Source: Bacteroidia bacterium
GTDB lineage: Bacteria; Bacteroidota; Bacteroidia; Bacteroidales; VadinHA17
Reading direction: 5' to 3'
Assembly (NCBI GenBank): GCA_026391215.1
Contig: JAPLDX010000021.1
Coordinates: 1-11,507, forward strand
Length of the DNA stretch: 11,507 nucleotides
In this document: in pieces, positions 6,801 through 11,507 of the stretch
How the letters are laid out: each line of letters begins with the position of its first letter
How positions within the stretch are numbered: position 1 is the first letter of the stretch
Position numbers and translations under genes: made by a program
The notes under the pieces: generated by a model
Database searches by the model: none
The model's input: the letters and a program-made list of their open reading frames with translations, nothing else
Told to the model about the DNA's origin: nothing

Positions 6801-8363
6801 TCAATATTTAACAATACTGAAAAAAACAGATTCAGCCGCTCTCATTCCGTCCACAGCCGAAGATACTATTCCGCCGGAGTATCCTGAACCCTCACCGCAC
6901 GGATAAAGACCGGATATATTAATATGCTCCATAGTGTCCGGGTCACGAGGTATCCTGACAGGAGATGAAGTTCTGGATTCCACACCAAGCACAACAGCTT
7001 CATTGGTCAGATATCCTTTCATTGCTGATCCGGCAAGTTTCAAACCCTCCCTCAGCTTTTTGCCGATTGACTCAGGCAGCCATTCATGAAGATGCGAAGG
7101 TGTGACACCCGGGAGGTAAGAAACCTCAGGCAGGGAAGATGATGATCTGCCCGAAACAAAATCGGCCAGCCTCTGGGCAGGAGCTTTTTGCGTCTCTCCT
7201 CCATTTACCCATGCTTCCTTTTCAATCTCTTTCTGGAATTCAAGGCCTGCCAGTTCTTCGAACCGGTTGAATTTCACCAGGTCTTCAGGCCTTATTTCAA
7301 CCACAACTCCTGAGTTTGCCCAGGGTGAACTGTGCTGCGAGGGAGACATACCGTTAACAACCACCTCCTCCTGTGACGTTGCAGACGGCACAATAAATCC
7401 ACCCGGACACATACAAAACGAATATACTCCTCTTCCATCAACCTGTTTTGCAAAATTATATGAAGCAGCCGGAAGGAACTCACCCCGCGGATTTCCGTGA
7501 TACTGCATTCTGTCAATAAGCTCCTGGGGATGTTCCACTCTCACACCCATTGCGAAAGGTTTAATCTCCAGATTCACTCCTCTTTTTCTGCAGATATCTG
7601 TTATGTCTCTTGCAGAATGACCAGTTGCTAAAATAACATTTGATGAAAGGAATTTCTCATTTCCTGATGCAATGATGCCATTAATCCTGCTGCCTTCAAT
7701 AAGCAGGTCGGTCACTTTCTTTCCAAGAAGGATTTGTCCTCCTGCATCGGTTATGGATTCCCTTATCCTTCTGATTATCCCGGGAAGCTTATCTGTACCG
7801 AGGTGAGGATGAGCCTCATACAGGATATTATCCTTTGCTCCGTGCAGGCAAAGGAGCTGAAGCACACGGATATTATCACCCCGTTTTTTAGAGCGGGTAT
7901 ACAGTTTTCCATCTGAATATGTTCCCGCTCCTCCCTCCCCGAAACAATAATTACTATCCGGATCAACAACCTGTTCCCTGCTTATTCTTGCGATGTCAAT
8001 CTTGCGTGCCGAAACATCTTTCCCCCTTTCAAAGATTACCGGGCGCATTCCAAGCTCAATCAGCCGCAATGCAGCAAATAAGCCTGCCGGTCCAGCGCCT
8101 ACTATAATTACCTCTTCCTGTTTTGAGACATTTTTTGTTACAAATGGCTCCAGGGATGGAGCCGAAGACTCATTCCCTATAAAAACCTCAAGAGAAAGGT
8201 TTACCTTAATAATTTTCTGCCTGGCATCAACGGATTGTTTTATAATTTTTACAGCGGAAATGTCTGAAGGATTAACTTTTATCAGTTCTCCTGCAATTTT
8301 ACGAATGACTTTTTCGTCGGCTGCTTCTTCAGGCTTCAGGCTGAGATGAACCAGTTCTGGCAT
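6801..8363 (-). CDS. Uncharacterised FAD/NAD(P)-dependent oxidoreductase (COG2509-like)
   Basis: 520 aa; VIIVGAGPAGLFAA dinucleotide fold, FGEGGAGTYSDGKL, PHLGTDKL, ATGHSARD, YSFCMCPGG, VESRTSSPVRI, YPCGEGSGYSGGIVSSAVDG. Confidence 0.9.
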   Translation of the reverse strand: MPELVHLSLKPEEAADEKVIRKIAGELIKVNPSDISAVKIIKQSVDARQKIIKVNLSLEVFIGNESSAPSLEPFVTKNVSKQEEVIIVGAGPAGLFAALRLIELGMRPVIFERGKDVSARKIDIARISREQVVDPDSNYCFGEGGAGTYSDGKLYTRSKKRGDNIRVLQLLCLHGAKDNILYEAHPHLGTDKLPGIIRRIRESITDAGGQILLGKKVTDLLIEGSRINGIIASGNEKFLSSNVILATGHSARDITDICRKRGVNLEIKPFAMGVRVEHPQELIDRMQYHGNPRGEFLPAASYNFAKQVDGRGVYSFCMCPGGFIVPSATSQEEVVVNGMSPSQHSSPWANSGVVVEIRPEDLVKFNRFEELAGLEFQKEIEKEAWVNGGETQKAPAQRLADFVSGRSSSSLPEVSYLPGVTPSHLHEWLPESIGKKLREGLKLAGSAMKGYLTNEAVVLGVESRTSSPVRIPRDPDTMEHINISGLYPCGEGSGYSGGIVSSAVDGMRAAESVFFSIVKY

Positions 8364-8365
8364 TT

Positions 8366-9094
8366 CTATTCAAAATGAAAGGCAAGTACCCATATTTGAG
8401 ATCTCATCTTATCAATCGCATTGCGAAACTCCTGGTGTCCTGGCGCTGCATCATCGACTATAATATTACGGATACCATTCGACATTTTCAGCTCCACGGA
8501 TAATTTAAAATACATAAGATAGAAATCAAGACCTGCACCGGTTTCGAAATAAAGGTCAGATCTTTTCACCCTTAAATACACAGGTCTCTCCTCATCGAAT
8601 TCTTTCTTGCCAGCCAGGTCATAACGGTAATTTAATCCACCGATAACATAAGGTCGTACATTATTTAACCTGTCACCTTTATATTTGACCAGCAAAGGGA
8701 ACTCCATGAAGGATGATTCGAGTCTCTGCTGCTGATTATAGAGAACCTGATTTTTGTAATACCTTACATTTCTCTGGCCAAATGATACTCCCGGGAGGAA
8801 TCTGATGTCAATATATTTGGAGGGATGAAGGTCAGTCACAATCTGGATATTTATTCCGGGATTGAGCCTGGTGACTTCAGGATAGAGAGAATCTGCTTCA
8901 AGATATTCCTGGGAAGGAGTGATATTGAAATCCATGGTGTTGAATCCAAGACTGAATCCGAAATGAAGAAGCTTTTCATCATACCATGACCTGTTCATAG
9001 GTTTCTCCTTTTGTCCCGACAGGGTGACAGTTATCAGGAAAAACATCAGTAAAAATGAAATATATAATATCCTGTTTTTCACGCTTTCAGGCAT
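8366..9094 (-). CDS. porT: PorT/SprT family outer-membrane beta-barrel protein (type IX secretion system)
   Basis: 242 aa; signal peptide, YDEKLLHFGFSLGFN, IRFLPGVSFGQR, EFPLLVKYKGDRLNNVRPY, GLDFYLMYFKLSVELKMSNG and terminal FHFE. Lies directly downstream of menG/ubiE, a typical porT context. Confidence 0.88.
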   Translation of the reverse strand: MPESVKNRILYISFLLMFFLITVTLSGQKEKPMNRSWYDEKLLHFGFSLGFNTMDFNITPSQEYLEADSLYPEVTRLNPGINIQIVTDLHPSKYIDIRFLPGVSFGQRNVRYYKNQVLYNQQQRLESSFMEFPLLVKYKGDRLNNVRPYVIGGLNYRYDLAGKKEFDEERPVYLRVKRSDLYFETGAGLDFYLMYFKLSVELKMSNGIRNIIVDDAAPGHQEFRNAIDKMRSQIWVLAFHFE

Positions 9095-9108
9095 GGTTTT
9101 TCACCGAT

Positions 9109-9116
9109 GCAAGATA
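9109..9116 (-). promoter_or_regulatory. Possible internal -7 element upstream of porT
   Basis: TATCTTGC(A), a variant of TAnnTTTG, 14 bp upstream of the porT ATG within the 43-bp intergenic gap. Confidence 0.4.
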
Positions 9117-9137
9117 ATAAACTGCTTTAATAAATAA

Positions 9138-9872
9138 TTATTGCTTCGGCGATTTGAATCCGGTGTAAATGCAGGCGATGCCTCCTGTCAGCTTTTTATG
9201 GCTGACATTGTAGAAGCCGGCACTCTGCATTAAAGCCATAAATCGCTCATTATCCGGAAATTGCATTACCGAATCCGGAAGATAGCTATAAGCGACCCTG
9301 TTCCTTGAAAACAGTCTCCCGATAACTGGAAGCATTGTTTTGAAATAAAAGTAATAAATCTGTCTGAATGGAAATCTATCCGGCTTTGAGAATTCCAGTA
9401 CCATTGCCATCCCCTTCTCATTCAATACCCGGTTCATTTCAGAGAGTCCTTTAAGCCTGTCAGAAAAATTCCTGACACCAAACGCAACCATCGCCACGTC
9501 AAAGCTATTATCGCTGAAAGGCAGGTTTTCAGAATCTCCCGGAATAAGGTCAATCTTACCTGAAAGCCCTCTTTTCCTTATCTTTTTGTTTCCTGATTCA
9601 AGCATTTTCTGTGAGATATCGATACCGGTAATATGTACCGGATCAAGTTTCAATGCAGCAATTGCAAGGTCGCCTGTTCCTGTTGCGACATCAAGTATCC
9701 TTGGATTTTTATATGTTTCGGAGACGACTTTGATTGCTTTTCTTCTCCAGAAGTGATCTATGCCAAACGATAACAGGTGATTAAGGAAATCATACCGCAA
9801 GGCTATGTCATCGAACATTGATCCGATGCCGGATTTATTGTCTTGGTTCAGTATCTGATCACTGTTAACCAT
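9138..9872 (-). CDS. menG: Demethylmenaquinone methyltransferase (UbiE/MenG)
   Basis: MFDDIALRYDFLNHLLSFGIDHFWRRKA, SAM motif ILDVATGTGDLA, AFGVRNF, VLEFSKP, AYSYLPDSV, LTGGIA. Confidence 0.96.
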   Translation of the reverse strand: MVNSDQILNQDNKSGIGSMFDDIALRYDFLNHLLSFGIDHFWRRKAIKVVSETYKNPRILDVATGTGDLAIAALKLDPVHITGIDISQKMLESGNKKIRKRGLSGKIDLIPGDSENLPFSDNSFDVAMVAFGVRNFSDRLKGLSEMNRVLNEKGMAMVLEFSKPDRFPFRQIYYFYFKTMLPVIGRLFSRNRVAYSYLPDSVMQFPDNERFMALMQSAGFYNVSHKKLTGGIACIYTGFKSPKQ

Positions 9873-9888
9873 AAATTCAATAAATTGT

Positions 9889-9896
9889 CAAAGATA
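9889..9896 (-). promoter_or_regulatory. Putative -7 promoter element for menG
   Basis: Exact TAnnTTTG match (TATCTTTG) 16 bp upstream of the ATG. Confidence 0.6.
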
Positions 9897-9947
9897 AGTT
9901 TAATTGTATACTTTATTGTGTTAACCTCCATCTGCACCCTTGGCTAT

Positions 9948-10091
9948 ATGTACCCACCCCCTTCTTTTCCCCCTCCCTGTTAAAACAAGGAGGGGGAATA
10001 AATTTGTCATAAATGACTGTTAAACACATAGATACCTTGTATCGCTCCCCCTCTTTACTTTAGTAGAGAGGGGGCTGGGGGGTGAGTACAT
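9948..10091. repeat. Inverted pair of REP-like GC-rich hairpins (REPIN/MITE-like element)
   Basis: Terminal inverted repeats ATGTACCCACCCCC (9948-9961) / GGGGGTGAGTACAT (10078-10091), 13/14 match. Each arm carries a CCCCCTC...GAGGGGG hairpin (9967-9998 and 10047-10074). Confidence 0.75.
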
Positions 10092-10172
10092 TTGATTAAA
10101 ATGAAGAAAACGCTGCAAAAGGTTAAAAGAAATTTATTTCTATTTTTACAGGAGTAATTTAAAGAAAAAAAC

Positions 10173-10931
10173 ATGAACAGGATAATTCTGATAACCGGCG
10201 CAACAGCCGGCTTCGGAAGGGCAACAGCCCTGAAATTTGCGAAGAACGGGTATAATGTTATAATCACGGGAAGAAGAAAGGAACGCCTGGACGCTCTTGA
10301 AAAAGAACTGTCAAACTATAATATAAAGGTATTATCACTCAATTTCGATGTCAGAAACAGCAAGGAAGTTGAATCAGCTGTAAAAACCCTTCCTGAGGAA
10401 TGGAAAAATATCGATATACTGGTCAATAATGCAGGTCTGGCAGTAGGGCTGGAGCGCATAGATGCCGGCATAATTGATGACTGGGACAGAATGATTGATA
10501 CAAATATCAAAGGATTATTATATGTGACGAGAGCTGTCTCTCCCCTGATGGTTGTGCGGGGAAAAGGGCACATTTTCAATCTGGGATCAATAGCCGGGAA
10601 GGGCGCTTATGAGGGAGGTAATGTATATTGTGCTACAAAATCGGCGGTGGATTCACTAACAAAGTCGATGAGAATTGATCTGCTTAAACATAATATACGG
10701 GTAACACAAATTGCCCCGGGAATGGCTGATACTGAATTCTCCCTGGTCCGTTTCAAAGGAAATGCTGAAAAGGCAAATGCTGTTTATAAAGGGGTCACAG
10801 CGCTTACTGCAGAGGATATTGCCGAGGTGATCTATTTTTGCGCTACCCTGCCGGATCATGTTTGTATCAACGACCTGGTCATCACGCCAACTCAACAGGC
10901 TGATGTGTATTTCACTAACAGAAAAACTTAA
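10173..10931 (+). CDS. Short-chain dehydrogenase/reductase, YdfG-like NADP-dependent 3-hydroxy acid dehydrogenase
   Basis: TGATAGFG, TGRR (NADP preference), LVNNAGLAVG, GSIAG, catalytic YCATK, IAPGMADTEFSLVRFKG, LPDHVCIN. Confidence 0.93.
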   Translation: MNRIILITGATAGFGRATALKFAKNGYNVIITGRRKERLDALEKELSNYNIKVLSLNFDVRNSKEVESAVKTLPEEWKNIDILVNNAGLAVGLERIDAGIIDDWDRMIDTNIKGLLYVTRAVSPLMVVRGKGHIFNLGSIAGKGAYEGGNVYCATKSAVDSLTKSMRIDLLKHNIRVTQIAPGMADTEFSLVRFKGNAEKANAVYKGVTALTAEDIAEVIYFCATLPDHVCINDLVITPTQQADVYFTNRKT

Positions 10932-10933
10932 AA

Positions 10934-11507
10934 ATGTATACTTACCAGTATCTGTTTGATTTCACGAAGAGTGTCTTCATGAAGATGGGATGCAGCGAAA
11001 GTGATTCAATGGTCATCGCGGATGTATTCATGGCAGCCGAAGCAAGAGGTATTCCCTCGCACGGGATGTTAAGGATAAGGGATTATTACGAACTCTGGAA
11101 AGCAGGGAGGGTAAATGTAAAGCCAAATGTCAGGGTGGTTCATGAATCGCCGAGCACTGCCGTTATTGACGGTGACGGGGCTGTCGGTATGGTTCCGGCA
11201 CGGAAATCAATGGAGATGGCAATAAGCAAGGCTGAGAAGGCTGGCACTGGATGGGTGGCAACACGTAACTCAAATCATTTCGGAATTGCAGGCTATTATG
11301 CGATGATGGCTCTGAAACACAATATGATTGGAATATGTCTTACAAATGCCAATCCTCTTGTAGCTCCGACATTTTCGATAAGCAGGATGATGGGCACTAA
11401 TCCGATTGCTGTTGCAATACCGGCACATAAGCAGCCTCCCTTTGTTGCTGATTTTGCCACAACACCGATCGCACGCGGTAAACTGGCTGTTGCTGAAAAG
11501 AAAGGTG
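10934..11507 (+). CDS. Ldh_2 (LDH2/MDH2, AllD/ComC-like) family oxidoreductase (runs off the right edge)
   Basis: Manual translation from ATG 10934 is open to the window end: MYTYQYLFDF...AEARGIPSHGMLRI...IDGDGAVG...RNSNHFGIAGYYA...GTNPIAVAIP...DFATT. Starts 2 bp after the SDR stop. Not in the supplied ORF track. Confidence 0.93.
   Translation, partial: MYTYQYLFDFTKSVFMKMGCSESDSMVIADVFMAAEARGIPSHGMLRIRDYYELWKAGRVNVKPNVRVVHESPSTAVIDGDGAVGMVPARKSMEMAISKAEKAGTGWVATRNSNHFGIAGYYAMMALKHNMIGICLTNANPLVAPTFSISRMMGTNPIAVAIPAHKQPPFVADFATTPIARGKLAVAEKKG

Noticed and set aside
3117-8349. Numerous 60-120 aa alternative ORFs (e.g. 4226-4567, 5121-5429, 5541-5903, 6090-6416, 7993-8349)
   Set aside because: They overlap well-supported CDS in other frames or on the other strand and have no independent evidence.
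3596-8363. Selenocysteine read-through or frameshifts in the redox genes
   Set aside because: All ORFs look full length. The module genes end in TAA/TAG, and the TGA of the flavoprotein falls at the expected C-terminus.
9948-10091. G/C-run region as a G-quadruplex, CRISPR repeat, tRNA or riboswitch
   Set aside because: G runs are too few and dispersed and pair with C runs; there is no repeat-spacer array, cloverleaf or recognisable aptamer motif.
10055-10895. Minus-strand ORFs 10055-10267, 10316-10579 and 10656-10895
   Set aside because: Antisense to the SDR. The THPPAPSL tail of the first is just the translated REP-like repeat.

Overview
Bacteroidota (probably anaerobic Bacteroidales-like) chromosomal window with 12 supportable CDS, two of them truncated by the window edges and absent from the ORF track. 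Left to right: comEA-like HhH gene (partial, -), lipoprotein Omp85/TamL (-), TrmH/SpoU RNA methyltransferase (+), then a long minus-strand block read right to left: menG/ubiE, porT (T9SS), a FAD-dependent oxidoreductase, a membrane-anchored LytTR regulator, a DsbD_2/TauE-like membrane protein, a membrane polyferredoxin and a small anchored hypothetical protein. On the plus strand follow a YdfG-like SDR and a partial Ldh_2-family dehydrogenase. The most interesting part is 3596-6773, an apparently self-contained regulated membrane redox module. A receiver-less 4-TM LytTR protein with a CxxC in its DNA-binding domain sits directly upstream of four phased 9-bp boxes (20-21 bp period) and a Bacteroidota -7 promoter that would drive a three-gene Cys/Fe-S-rich operon. 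A ~144-bp inverted pair of REP-like hairpins (REPIN/MITE-like) lies in the menG-SDR divergent intergenic region. No rRNA, tRNA, CRISPR or transposase was seen. Family calls come from motifs recognised by eye; no searches were run.
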